A stretch of 64,000 bases of DNA, from NCBI GenBank assembly GCA_963733675.1, contig CAVTET010000001.1, forward strand, positions 160,001-224,000. Reading direction: 5' to 3'. Shown here one piece after another: positions 31,828 to 42,822 of the stretch (its first letter is position 1; each line of letters begins with the position of its first letter). Position numbers and translations under genes: made by a program. The notes beneath the pieces are model-generated. The model had not been told where the DNA came from and searched no databases. It worked only from the letters and a program-made list of their open reading frames with translations. This stretch comes from an uncultured Methanosarcinaceae archaeon. Lineage in GTDB: Archaea > Halobacteriota > Methanosarcinia > Methanosarcinales > Methanosarcinaceae.

Positions 31828-33990
31828 ATGAAGATAGAAAGCCTCAATATACCAGACGAAGTAAAACGTTATTATCAGGACTCCAACATTCTGGACCTTT
31901 ATCCCCCTCAAGCGGAAGCAGTGGAAAAAGGGCTGCTTCAAGGAAAAAATCTACTTGCTGCAATCCCAACTGCCTCAGGAAAAACTCTTCTTGCTGAACT
32001 TATGATGTTGAAGTCAATTTGCGCAGGAGGTAAGGCGCTTTATATCGTGCCACTAAGGGCGCTTGCTTCTGAAAAATTCAACCGGTTTAGAGATTTTTCT
32101 AACCTTGGGATCAGAGTCGGGATTTCTATGGGAGATTATGACTTGAGGGATGAGAAACTTGGGGTAAACGACATAGTTATAGCAACATCTGAAAAAACCG
32201 ATTCTCTGCTCAGGAATGAGGCTACCTGGATGCAGGAAATTTCAGTAATTGTGGCAGATGAGGTGCATCTTATAGATTCTGCAGACAGAGGGCCAACACT
32301 TGAAGTCACTCTCACAAAGCTTCGAAAAATGAATCCATCTTGCCAGATTCTGGCACTGTCTGCAACAGTAGGTAATGCCAATGAGCTTGCAGCTTGGCTT
32401 AACGCCGAACTTGTAGTAAGTGAATGGAGGCCTACAGAACTTCTGGAAGGGGTGCATTTTAATGGAACTTTCTATTGCAAGGAAAGGGAAAAGCTTATTG
32501 AGCAGTCCACTAAAGACGAAGCCATAAACCTTGCGCTGGATACTCTCCAGGAAGGTGGACAGTGTCTGATTTTCGAAAGCAGCCGGAAAAACTGTATGGC
32601 TTTTGCAAAGAAGGCAGCTTCAAAAATTAAAAAGATTCTTTCAGCAGAAGATAAAAAATTTCTGACTATGATTGCAGATAAAGTGTTCGAAAACAGTGAA
32701 ATCGATATGGCCACAACCCTTGCTTCCTGCATTCGTTCAGGTGTTGCTTTTCACCACGCAGGACTTATCACTCCTTTGAAGGAACTAGTGGAAGAAGGCT
32801 TCAGGGAAAGAAGGATCAAGCTGATCTCAAGTACTCCCACGCTTGCAGCTGGACTCAACTTACCTGCCAGACGGGTGATTATCAGAAGTTATAAGCGCTA
32901 TTCTTCTGAAGCCGGGATGCAGCCTATTCCTGTGCTTGAGTACAAGCAGATGGCAGGTAGAGCAGGAAGGCCCAGGCTTGACCCTTATGGAGAATCTGTG
33001 CTTCTTGCCAAGTCATCTGAGGAATTTGTTTTTCTTTTTAAGAACTATATTGATGCAGAACCTGAAGATATTTGGTCCAAGCTTGGAACAGAAAATGTTC
33101 TCAAAACACATATACTCTCTACAATCTCCAACGGTTTTGCGCGTACAAAAGAAGAACTCATTGAATTTCTAGAAGCAACATTTTTCGCCTTCCAGTACTC
33201 AAACTTCGGATTTTCTACGGTTGTAGACGAATGCCTTGGCTTTTTGAGACAGGAAAAGATGCTTGAGAATACAGACGTCCTCGTTCCCACAAATTTTGGA
33301 AAACTCGTCTCGAGACTATATATAGATCCTCTGTCTGCCTCTATAATCGTAAAGAACCTTAGAAAAGCAGAATCTCTTACCAAGCTTTCTCTGTTGCATC
33401 TGATCTGCAGCACGCCTGATATGCGCTTGCTCTATATGAGAAGCCAAGACTATTGCACAATCAATGATTATGTAATGGCTCATGCAGGAGAGTTCGTGAA
33501 AGTACCTAATCCATTCAATATTGCAGAATATGAGTGGTTTTTGGGAGAGGTAAAAACATCTCTTCTGCTCATGGAATGGATTAATGAAACGCCTGAAAAT
33601 GAGATTTGTTTGAAGTTCGGCATAGGGGAAGGCGATATCCATGCAATTGCAGAAATTGCCGAGTGGATCATGCACGTAACCACCCAGCTTGCGAGGCTTC
33701 TTGACATCAAAGGAGTAAAAGAGGCTTCAGAACTTCAAAAGCAGATCCATTATGGGGCAGGCCCTGAGTTGATGGAGCTGCTTGATATCCAAAGTATAGG
33801 CCGCGTGAGAGCGAGGAAACTTTACGAAACTGGTTTCAAGTCCACTGCAGACCTTTTAGATGCTGCCCCGGAAAAAGTGGCTGCTCTTCTTGGACCTAAG
33901 ATCGCTGAAAAAATTTTTACCCAAATTGAAAGGAGAGAGACGGTTTCTGAAGTTATGAGAATTGCATCACTTGGAAAAGATTTTCCATAA
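31828..33990 (+). CDS. hel308: Ski2-like ATP-dependent DNA helicase Hel308
   Basis: [45 protein letters not shown]-terminal IGRVRAR HhH. Confidence 0.95.
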   Translation: MKIESLNIPDEVKRYYQDSNILDLYPPQAEAVEKGLLQGKNLLAAIPTASGKTLLAELMMLKSICAGGKALYIVPLRALASEKFNRFRDFSNLGIRVGISMGDYDLRDEKLGVNDIVIATSEKTDSLLRNEATWMQEISVIVADEVHLIDSADRGPTLEVTLTKLRKMNPSCQILALSATVGNANELAAWLNAELVVSEWRPTELLEGVHFNGTFYCKEREKLIEQSTKDEAINLALDTLQEGGQCLIFESSRKNCMAFAKKAASKIKKILSAEDKKFLTMIADKVFENSEIDMATTLASCIRSGVAFHHAGLITPLKELVEEGFRERRIKLISSTPTLAAGLNLPARRVIIRSYKRYSSEAGMQPIPVLEYKQMAGRAGRPRLDPYGESVLLAKSSEEFVFLFKNYIDAEPEDIWSKLGTENVLKTHILSTISNGFARTKEELIEFLEATFFAFQYSNFGFSTVVDECLGFLRQEKMLENTDVLVPTNFGKLVSRLYIDPLSASIIVKNLRKAESLTKLSLLHLICSTPDMRLLYMRSQDYCTINDYVMAHAGEFVKVPNPFNIAEYEWFLGEVKTSLLLMEWINETPENEICLKFGIGEGDIHAIAEIAEWIMHVTTQLARLLDIKGVKEASELQKQIHYGAGPELMELLDIQSIGRVRARKLYETGFKSTADLLDAAPEKVAALLGPKIAEKIFTQIERRETVSEVMRIASLGKDFP

Positions 33991-34635
33991 TGACAAAGGA
34001 AAAACAATGATCACTGATTTCACCTACTTTTTGTTTTATTAATTTTCTTACTTTTCTTGATTTCAGCAAGTTTTTCTATTTTTATAGTTTTATTTCTCTA
34101 GAATGTACAGCATGTTGTTGAGGTGATGAAAACTTCCACGAGAACTATTATTAACTCACTTTATGAAGATATACACAATAATGTCGTCTATTTTTTTAAT
34201 TTGACAGTAGCTTAAAGACAAATAATAAATTCTTCGAATAATTAGTTCAAATAAATGAAAGTATGTTCCATCTGACTTTTTTTGAGAATTGACTAAATAG
34301 TTATGAAAGAGGAGGGAAAAGAATAATATAAGCAAATGAAATTATTTGATTTTGAATAAATTTCTCTATTTCCGAGCAGTTACACGAGCATACCCTGTTG
34401 CTTGTGGTGAAGTATACCATCAAAATTTTGATTTTATTCTTCATATAGTTATAATTAAGTGCTGATACATAAACTTCCTATATTACTGTCTTTTATCTTC
34501 GAGATGGATATTTTGGGGGATAAAATTTTAAATGATATTAGGGATTTTATGGAACTAGATTATCAGGTTATATTAGATACAGTTTATATTGTAGTCTCAT
34601 AGATTAGTTCTATATTTTATCAATTTATTTTAGAG

Positions 34636-35937
34636 ATGATTACAATGTTGTTTAAAAAGTTGTCTGATGTTTCGGGAGCTGAAATGAAGAAATTGCTTTC
34701 CCGAGAATCAGGACTTGCAGATGTAGCTAAGACTGTCTCAGCCATACTTTCAGATGTGCGTATCAGAAAAGATGCAGCACTTAGGGAGTATACACGAAAA
34801 TTTGATAAATTAGAGCTTGCAAATTTTGAAGTAAGTGAAGAAGAGTTTGAGAAGGCTCTTTCATGTATTGATCCGAAACTCCTGAATCACCTTAAATCAG
34901 CGGCTGAGAATATCAGAGCTTTCCACGAAGCTCAGCTTCCAGAGGTTATCTGGTTCATGGAACTTAAACCAGGGATTGTGTTAGGCCAGAAGGCAACGCC
35001 TCTAGAAAGCGTAGGCGTTTATTCTCCAGGAGGCCGGGCCTTCTATCCGTCAACAGTTCTAATGACGGTGATCCCAGCCAAAGTTGCAGGAGTTGAAAAG
35101 GTTATAGTATGCACTCCTCCAATAGCTGATGGTTCTGTGCACCCCTTAACTCTTAGTGCTGCAAAGGTTGCAGGAGCAGACATAGTATTTAAACTCGGTG
35201 GTGCCCAAGCCATTGGAGCCATGGCTTATGGAACTGAAACTATCCCAAAGGTAAATAAAATAGTAGGGCCTGGGAATGTCTTTGTCACATCTGCAAAAAT
35301 GCAGATTAGAGACGTTGCTGAGATCGACTTCCCTGCAGGTCCCAGTGAAGTGCTAATCATTGCAGATGAGTCGGCGGATGCTATTATGGTTGCTTCAGAT
35401 ATTATAGCTCAGGCGGAACATGATCCAAGTGCAATCTCGATACTTGTTACAATATCCGAGACTCTTGCAGAAGATATTAAAAGAGAAGTGTTTGTCCAGT
35501 CTGAACAAACTGAAAGAAAAGGCATTGTTAAGGCATCTCTTGAGAATGCTGCAATTCTTACTGCAGATTCCCTGGAACAATGTATAGACTTCAGCAATAA
35601 ATTTGCTCCAGAGCACCTCGAAATCATGATATCAAACTCAGATTTTGTACTTGACAGAATTAAAAATGCAGGGTCTATTTTTATAGGAAATTATTCTCCT
35701 GTTGCTGTTGGGGATTACGCATCTGGTACCAATCATGTACTTCCTACGGCTGGATATGCGAAAATTTATTCTGGCCTGAATATAAATCACTTTATGAAAT
35801 ATTCAAGTATTCAAAAAATAAGCAAAATTGGCCTTGAAAGTTTAAAAGAAACTATAATCGCATTAGCTGAGGAAGAAGGATTAAAGGCACACGCTGATTC
35901 TATTAGAACCCGTTTTGGGTACAGACCCTCTAAATAA
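34636..35937 (+). CDS. hisD: Histidinol dehydrogenase
   Basis: [54 protein letters not shown]. Confidence 0.97.
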   Translation: MITMLFKKLSDVSGAEMKKLLSRESGLADVAKTVSAILSDVRIRKDAALREYTRKFDKLELANFEVSEEEFEKALSCIDPKLLNHLKSAAENIRAFHEAQLPEVIWFMELKPGIVLGQKATPLESVGVYSPGGRAFYPSTVLMTVIPAKVAGVEKVIVCTPPIADGSVHPLTLSAAKVAGADIVFKLGGAQAIGAMAYGTETIPKVNKIVGPGNVFVTSAKMQIRDVAEIDFPAGPSEVLIIADESADAIMVASDIIAQAEHDPSAISILVTISETLAEDIKREVFVQSEQTERKGIVKASLENAAILTADSLEQCIDFSNKFAPEHLEIMISNSDFVLDRIKNAGSIFIGNYSPVAVGDYASGTNHVLPTAGYAKIYSGLNINHFMKYSSIQKISKIGLESLKETIIALAEEEGLKAHADSIRTRFGYRPSK

Positions 35938-36063
35938 TATTTTAGCTAACCGATATGTATATAAATTGTAAATGCGTAAACAAAATTTGGTATTTAAATA
36001 AACAAAGATTTAAATTTTGAACAAGTAAATACTTAATTCTTAAAATGAAGAGTGGGGATCAAT

Positions 36064-36471
36064 ATGAAAATCAGAGTAGTTAGTTCACGGGAGGAAATTC
36101 CTGCCCTGAATCCGAACGAGAAGGTTATCCACCTTGCTTTCAGACCATCTAACAAAGATGTATTTGTGCTTGCTGAAACATGTCCGAAAATTGAAGCAAT
36201 ACAGCTTCCAAAATCCTACAAAAGGACTGTTTCGAAGTCAATTGAAATGTTTCTGGAAATGCAGAAGATAAATCTCCTGGAAGGGGATGTATGGGGACAT
36301 CGAAAAGATATAAACGAATATTACAATGTCTCTCAGAGTGTGTTGGAAAAGATTCAGGAATTAAAAGCAGATCGCTTCACAAATGAGGTAATTGCTGAAA
36401 AGCTTTCAAGAGAAAGCAAGTTGAATTCAGACATGATTCTTTACATTCTGAGCAAAAGAACCATTGATTAA
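36064..36471 (+). CDS. DUF1699 family protein
   Basis: MKIRVVSSREEI...HLAFRPSNKD...GDVWGHRKDINEYY, a Methanosarcinales family pattern. Confidence 0.8.
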   Translation: MKIRVVSSREEIPALNPNEKVIHLAFRPSNKDVFVLAETCPKIEAIQLPKSYKRTVSKSIEMFLEMQKINLLEGDVWGHRKDINEYYNVSQSVLEKIQELKADRFTNEVIAEKLSRESKLNSDMILYILSKRTID

Positions 36472-37176
36472 TCTGTTTTATCAGTCACTTGCACCGGAAA
36501 AATTCCTGTTTTGAGGATATGTCCTGGGAAAAATGGCTAATATTGATAATAAACATAGCTAGGAGGATAGTTAAATTTTTCCAGAAATATTTGATCCTCC
36601 TTTTCAGGATAAAATTTCTGATTAGAACTCCATTCAATAAATGCTTTCATGTTATTTTTTGTTAGTTTTTAAAAGGAGTTTCTTTTTTATCAAAAAGTAG
36701 GATATGTTCCATCTTTCCAGACAGCTGAAAATCTGATATCCACATTTATCTTCATTCAGATACACCTATAAACCATCTGGTTTGTAATCGATTTCCCTGT
36801 TCAGTAATGAATGGAGTTCTTCCAGTTACTTTATACCTTCCATCAGTGTCTACTCGTTAGAGCTGTTGCTGTTGTAAATGCTTCTTGATAATCGAAGTTA
36901 CTGTGGTCCACCCATGCAGCAAGAGATTATATCGCCATTGCTATGGATATAGATAAATGATCCAAAATCATATATTTCAATTTGCTTTTATTATTCTTTT
37001 TTATCCTGTTTTTTGATCCAACATGTTTTTTATTGTCCACTAGGAATTTGCACCATCATCTCAGTTCAAATGTAACCTCCATTACTCAAAGTTCACAACC
37101 CAAAAACTATTTTTTAATCTCAGAGTATTCTTTAACGATTTATTTTGCGGTTGTATTTTTATAATCTGTACCATTT

Positions 37177-37823
37177 TTGAAAGAAAATATTTTTTTTCAG
37201 CTTCATTGCGCCAATGGTTTCCTTTTAAGTAATTTCATTTCTCACTATACAAATAGAAGGACTGACCGTTGGGGAGGCTCAATTGAAAATCGGGCAAGAA
37301 TAGTCACGGAGATTGTCAGGCGAATAAAAGAACAAGCTGGAGCTGATTTTCCAATCCTTGTCAAATTGAATGCAACAGATGGTTTCCAGCAGGGTTCTCA
37401 AAAAGCAGACCTCGGAATTAGTATCTCACAGGTTTTGGAGACTGCAAAACTTCTGGAGAAAACTGGAGTATGTTCAATCGAGGTTAGCGGCGGGATCAGT
37501 GAGGCAGGTAAAGTAACCGTAAGAACTGCGATTAACTCTCCTGCTGAAGAAGCATATTTTGGAGAATATTTTAAAGCGATAAAAAGCAGTAAATATTCCT
37601 GTTAATACTTGTAGGGGGTATCAGATCCCTTTCTGTAATGGAGAATCTGCTTGAAGAAGGATATGCAGATCTAATTTCCATGAGCAGGTCATTCATCTGC
37701 GAGCTTGATCTTGTTTTGAAATTTAAGTCTGAAAAAGCTAAAAAGGCGATGTGTGCATCCTGTAATCTATGTTTTGACCTCGAAGGTGTTAAGTGCAACT
37801 ACGAGTTTAATCGAAATTCTTAG
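37177..37823 (+). pseudogene. NADH:flavin oxidoreductase (Old Yellow Enzyme family), 5'-truncated and frameshifted
   Basis: QLHCANGFLLSNFIS..TNRRTDRWGGSIENRAR; frameshift before PVILVGGIRS; ADLISMSR...CASCNLC; N-terminal half absent. Confidence 0.85.
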
Positions 37824-38045
37824 AATTGAAATCTTCTAATCATCTAATTTTTAAGTTCAGGTCTTTGTTTATTTTAACTTCTATATGAGATCGTCATTTA
37901 ACTTTAATTTTTTTCTTAGAAAGTTTTCAACTTTTCCCATCAAATGGATAATTCTAATGGCTATATTACAACCTACTTTCTGTAGATGTTTTCAAAAAAA
38001 TAAAATGTTACTAATATATTTTTTGGATAACGAAGTCATTACGGT

Positions 38046-38795
38046 TCATGTTCTATCGATTGTCCTGAGTCCGGAAGGCTGTTCAATGAACTCAACCTCA
38101 ATTTCAAGAAGTTCACGCAGCCTTAAGCATAAAGCCTCCATTCCAGGGCTTTCCGTGGCATAGTGAGTAGCGTCAATCAGACAGATATCCTCGTAGGCTC
38201 GAAGAACCTCATGCTTCAGTTCGGAAGATATGAAAGCGTCAATTCTATTTGCCCTGCCAATTTCAAGAAATTCACTCTTGAAACCGCTACCTCCAATAAC
38301 CATAACCCTCCTGATCCCTTCCCTTTGTCCGGCATACACTACAGGAGTCTTCAGACACTCAGATATATGAGATGCTAGTTCAGCTGAAGAACAAGGTTCT
38401 ACTTCCCCTATTCTACCTATATCTGCAGTTTCGCAATTTTTGAGCCCAATCTTGACCGCAAGGGCGCTATTGATACCTTCTCTTTCCCTGTCATAATTTG
38501 TGTGCATAGTGTAAAGAGATATTCCATTTTCAAAGGCAAGCTTGAGAGAAGATGCTAATGATTTTGAAACTTTATTAATAGGATGGAAGATGAGAGTGTG
38601 ATGAGTAATCAGCAGATCTGCTCTCATTTCTGCGGCTTTTTTAAGAATATAGAAATTAGCATCAAGAGCAACTGTAATCTTTTTTATATCATTTTCCAGG
38701 CCAAGAATTACTCCGATCTTGCCTCTGTCAAAGTCATCAGCAAGCTCAAGTGGTGCAATTTGTTCAAGAATTTCTACAACTTTTTCAAGCTCCAT
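38046..38795 (-). CDS. Nif3-like dinuclear metal centre protein
   Basis: IAPLELADDFD, LITHH, HTNYD, GGSG, DATHYATE. Confidence 0.92.
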   Translation of the reverse strand: MELEKVVEILEQIAPLELADDFDRGKIGVILGLENDIKKITVALDANFYILKKAAEMRADLLITHHTLIFHPINKVSKSLASSLKLAFENGISLYTMHTNYDREREGINSALAVKIGLKNCETADIGRIGEVEPCSSAELASHISECLKTPVVYAGQREGIRRVMVIGGSGFKSEFLEIGRANRIDAFISSELKHEVLRAYEDICLIDATHYATESPGMEALCLRLRELLEIEVEFIEQPSGLRTIDRT

Positions 38796-38920
38796 GGAAA
38801 AAACTTCCTTAAATACAGAGATTTCAGATACTAAAAAAATCATTTCACCAAATCTGCCTTAAATAAAGACAATCTATACCTTAAATGCCACTATTTAATT
38901 TTAAAACTATGTTTTCATAT

Positions 38921-39183
38921 TAGAGAATTTCGATAAACTCCTATACACTCCTATACACTTGAGTATTGGATATTTTAATTTCATAACGATAATTTTTACT
39001 TATGGAAAATCTGACTGATTTCCTCTTCAAGAAGAATATAACTTTTATAATTTAGTTGAAGACAAACCTGCAAAAATTGATTCCTTAACTGATTGGAAAT
39101 CTTTTCGTAGCATTTTTAAGTATATATATTTTAACAAAACAGTTTCTTGAGGAGGAACTGAATTTGAAGTGATCATTATATTT
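38921..39183 (+). mobile_element. IS5-family remnant: left end plus degraded transposase N-terminus
   Basis: End TAGAGAATTTCGATAAA followed by MENLTDF...EEY...DKPAKIDSLTDWKSFRSIF...NKTVS*GG, resembling Methanosarcina IS5 transposases. Confidence 0.7.
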
Positions 39184-39879
39184 ATTGTAATGAACTACTG
39201 TATCAGTAGGTAAAATATGTCAAAATTGGGATAGAACGACAAAGTAATAGCATGAAAGCAGGAAAAATGTCTATTCAAAATACTCGGATGCCTTTGATTA
39301 ATCCTCAAGCTACATTAAAGATTGAGTTTTCCCAAATAAACTTAAAAGACCAAAACCATGCATAGAAAACTTGGAGACCTTGAGCTCAATAATTCATCTC
39401 CATAAGGATTGAATTTTCCCACAAAACTTAAAAGGACCAAAACAATGCATTTAAAGAAAAATATTTGAGTAAGCATGTTTAAATTTATGCCGATTAATTA
39501 GCTCTTTCAAGCTTATACTTTTCCCGGATTTTCTCGACTATTTCCTCGTGGGCCTCGACAACAAAGCTACGACATACCTTCATTTTTTGCAGTGGTAATG
39601 GTGCCTACATACCTACCAAACTCATACAATAAGTATTCCCGAAGATAGAGCAGACTTCAGTTCGTTTTCTTCGAGTAATATTAGTTTCTTCCTACAAAAT
39701 GACTTAAAGTATCGATTTGTTAATTATATATGAGAAGGATGATTTAAGATAAAGATATCCTTTTTAAGGAACTTGAAATAAGGAAAAATCAATCTGCTTA
39801 TATAATCACACCCGATACAGGTAACTACACGAGATATGTTTTAAACCAAAAAGATTCAACAGCTTACAGTGAGATAAAA

Positions 39880-42600
39880 ATGACTGAAATGATGACCCCT
39901 GCAATGCGTCAGTATTATGAAGCCAAGCAGACATATCCAAACACACTTATTTTCTTTCGAATGGGAGATTTCTATGAGTCCTTTGGGGAAGACGCAAAAA
40001 TCATATCCAAAGAACTTGAAATAACACTGACAGCTCGAGGAAAAGACAGGGCAGGGCAAAGGATGCCGCTTGCAGGGATCCCTTACCATGCTATCGACAC
40101 TTACTTGCCAAAGCTCATAAACAAAGGATACAAGGTAGCTATCTGCGAACAGCTCGAAGATCCAAAACAGGCGAAAGGAGTTGTAAAGCGAGGGGTTGTC
40201 AGGATAGTTACCCCGGGTACAGTAATTGATTCTTCAATGTTTTCGGACTCTTCGAATAATTACTTGATGGCAATTGCAGGAAAAGAAGTTGGGAAATCTG
40301 GGAAAAATACAAAAAAGGAAATTGAAATCGGAGTTTCTTTCCTGGATATTTCTACAGGGGAATTTCTTACAACTCAATTTCGAGACTCGGAAAGCTTTGA
40401 GAAATTACTTAGTGAATTTGTCCGTATGAGCCCTGCAGAATGTATTCTGCATCCTTCTCTTCATGGGAATTCAGAACTCACAGATAAACTGAAGGATCAA
40501 ATTATCATCCAGGAGTTTGTTCCTGAGATCTCAGGAGCCGAGGAAGCTGGAGAAAAACTGAAAGCCCATTTCAAGGTTGCAACTCTTGAAGGGATGGGCT
40601 GTGATAAACTGGATTTTGCAGTATGTTCTGCATGGACTGCCCTGGAATATGCACAGAATACACAAATGAGGGACCTGGTTCATATCAACACTTTGAAGAC
40701 ATACTTGAACTCTGAGTTTATGATTCTTGACTCAATAACCCTACATAATCTCGAAATTGTAAAACATGTTAGGGATGAAGGGGACAAAAACTCTCTTTAC
40801 AGAATTCTTAACTGCACAAAAACACCTATGGGAAGCCGTATAATGAAAAAGTGGCTTTCAAAACCTTTGTTGTCCATAGAAAAAATCAACTTTCGACTCG
40901 ATGCTGTCGAAGAGCTAGCATCAGATCACTTGATCCGTTATGATATTCGAAAATGGCTGTCCGAGGTAAGGGACATAGAACGTCTCATAGGAAGAGTGGT
41001 ATATGGGAATGCAAACTCAAGAGATCTTATAGCCCTGAAAAAGTCACTGAATGCTATACTTCCTATTCGGGACTGCCTGATAGGGAAAATGAGAATAAAA
41101 CTGTTGAAAGAAATTGTGGAAGGACTTGCATTTTTTTCAGAGCTCGAAAATCTGGCTGAAATGATCGAAAAAACAATAGTTGAAGATCCTCCAATATCAG
41201 TCAGAGAAGGTGGAATGATAAAACCAGGATATAATTCAGAACTCGATGAGCTCCGGAATATTGCTAGAAATAGCAAACAGTGGATTGCGGATTTTCAGCA
41301 GAAGGAAAAAGAGAGAAGTGGGATTAAGTCCCTGAAAGTGGGATACAATAAGGTTTTTGGCTATTATATTGAAGTAACCAATTCCAACAGCAATCAGGTG
41401 CCTGAAGATTATATTAGAAAGCAGACAATCGCAAATGCAGAGCGCTTTTTTACACCTGAGCTCAAAGAAAAAGAGGGCCTCATCCTTACAGCCAATGAAA
41501 AAGCTATGGCCCTAGAATATGAAATCTTTATGATGATTACGCAGACTTTTTCAGCCCATTCTAAAGAACTCCAGGAAACAGCTGAAAGAATCGGAAATCT
41601 AGATGCTCTTTCAGCCCTAGCTGAAGTTGCAGGAAACAGCAATTATACTAGGCCTCAGCTTACGGAAGATTGCAAGATCCTTATTCGGGATGGAAGGCAT
41701 GCTGTAATTGAAAATATAGTTCCAATGGGTTTTGTCCCTAATGACACTGAGATGGACTGCAAGGAAAATCAGTTTTTGCTAGTTACGGGCCCGAATATGG
41801 CTGGAAAATCTACTTACATGCGCCAGATTGCACTCATAGCGATCATGGCTCAGGCAGGCTCTTTTGTTCCTGCATCCCATGCCTCTGTAGGGATTATTGA
41901 CCAGATTTTTACAAGAATAGGAGCCTTTGACGACCTTGCAAACGGGCAGAGCACTTTCATGGTAGAGATGGTAGAGCTTGCAAATATCCTTAACAATGCA
42001 AGCCCTAAAAGCCTTGTACTTCTTGACGAAATAGGCAGGGGAACGAGTACTTATGATGGATATAGCATTGCAAAATCTGTTGTAGAGTTTTTGCATAATA
42101 GAGGAAAGGTGGGAGTCAGGGCTCTATTTGCAACCCATTACCACCAGCTTACAGCTCTTGAGGAGAAGTTGAAGAGGGTCAAAAATTATCATATCGCAGT
42201 AACAGAAAAAGGTCATGAACTTGTCTTTCTGAGAAAAATCGTACCCGGAGCAACGGACAAGAGTTACGGGATTCATGTCGCAAGGCTCGCAGGTGTACCG
42301 GAAAAGGTAATCGAAAGAGCAAATGAGATTCTTGAGGAAATTGAAAAGGAAAACGTTTTTAAGGAAGCTGAAGACGGCGAGAAAGGGAAAATTAAAAAAA
42401 GCAAAGCAACCTCTCGATATACTCAGATGATGCTTTTCGATCCTGGAAATAGCGAAGGAATTTCGGCACAAGTAAATAAATTCGGTACTTTAAAAAGGCC
42501 TGGTCCTGTGGAAGTAGCTATGAGAAAATTGAATGTTGAAGAAATGACACCAATAGAAGCCCTGAATAAACTCCATGAGCTAAAAAAGCTTCTTGATTAA
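39880..42600 (+). CDS. mutS: DNA mismatch repair protein MutS
   Basis: TPAMRQY, FFRMGDFYE, TGPNMAGKSTYMRQ, STFMVEM, DEIGRGTST, FATHYH, SYGIHVARLAG. Confidence 0.98.
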   Translation: MTEMMTPAMRQYYEAKQTYPNTLIFFRMGDFYESFGEDAKIISKELEITLTARGKDRAGQRMPLAGIPYHAIDTYLPKLINKGYKVAICEQLEDPKQAKGVVKRGVVRIVTPGTVIDSSMFSDSSNNYLMAIAGKEVGKSGKNTKKEIEIGVSFLDISTGEFLTTQFRDSESFEKLLSEFVRMSPAECILHPSLHGNSELTDKLKDQIIIQEFVPEISGAEEAGEKLKAHFKVATLEGMGCDKLDFAVCSAWTALEYAQNTQMRDLVHINTLKTYLNSEFMILDSITLHNLEIVKHVRDEGDKNSLYRILNCTKTPMGSRIMKKWLSKPLLSIEKINFRLDAVEELASDHLIRYDIRKWLSEVRDIERLIGRVVYGNANSRDLIALKKSLNAILPIRDCLIGKMRIKLLKEIVEGLAFFSELENLAEMIEKTIVEDPPISVREGGMIKPGYNSELDELRNIARNSKQWIADFQQKEKERSGIKSLKVGYNKVFGYYIEVTNSNSNQVPEDYIRKQTIANAERFFTPELKEKEGLILTANEKAMALEYEIFMMITQTFSAHSKELQETAERIGNLDALSALAEVAGNSNYTRPQLTEDCKILIRDGRHAVIENIVPMGFVPNDTEMDCKENQFLLVTGPNMAGKSTYMRQIALIAIMAQAGSFVPASHASVGIIDQIFTRIGAFDDLANGQSTFMVEMVELANILNNASPKSLVLLDEIGRGTSTYDGYSIAKSVVEFLHNRGKVGVRALFATHYHQLTALEEKLKRVKNYHIAVTEKGHELVFLRKIVPGATDKSYGIHVARLAGVPEKVIERANEILEEIEKENVFKEAEDGEKGKIKKSKATSRYTQMMLFDPGNSEGISAQVNKFGTLKRPGPVEVAMRKLNVEEMTPIEALNKLHELKKLLD

Positions 42601-42822
42601 GGAGCATCAAACTCACCCTCGGCGGATTTATATAAAAATTCCATTTATTTTCGCAATTATGACTGTAGTTTGACAAGTAATCTAACTTTCAATGAATTAT
42701 GGGGAAAATAGGCAAATAAAATATACATCTGTGTACATTTGTGGAATGTCGGATCATAGGGTATTTGGAAATTTTAAAATATATTTAAAGTATATTTTTC
42801 TGGTTTTTGCTGGGGTAAATAA

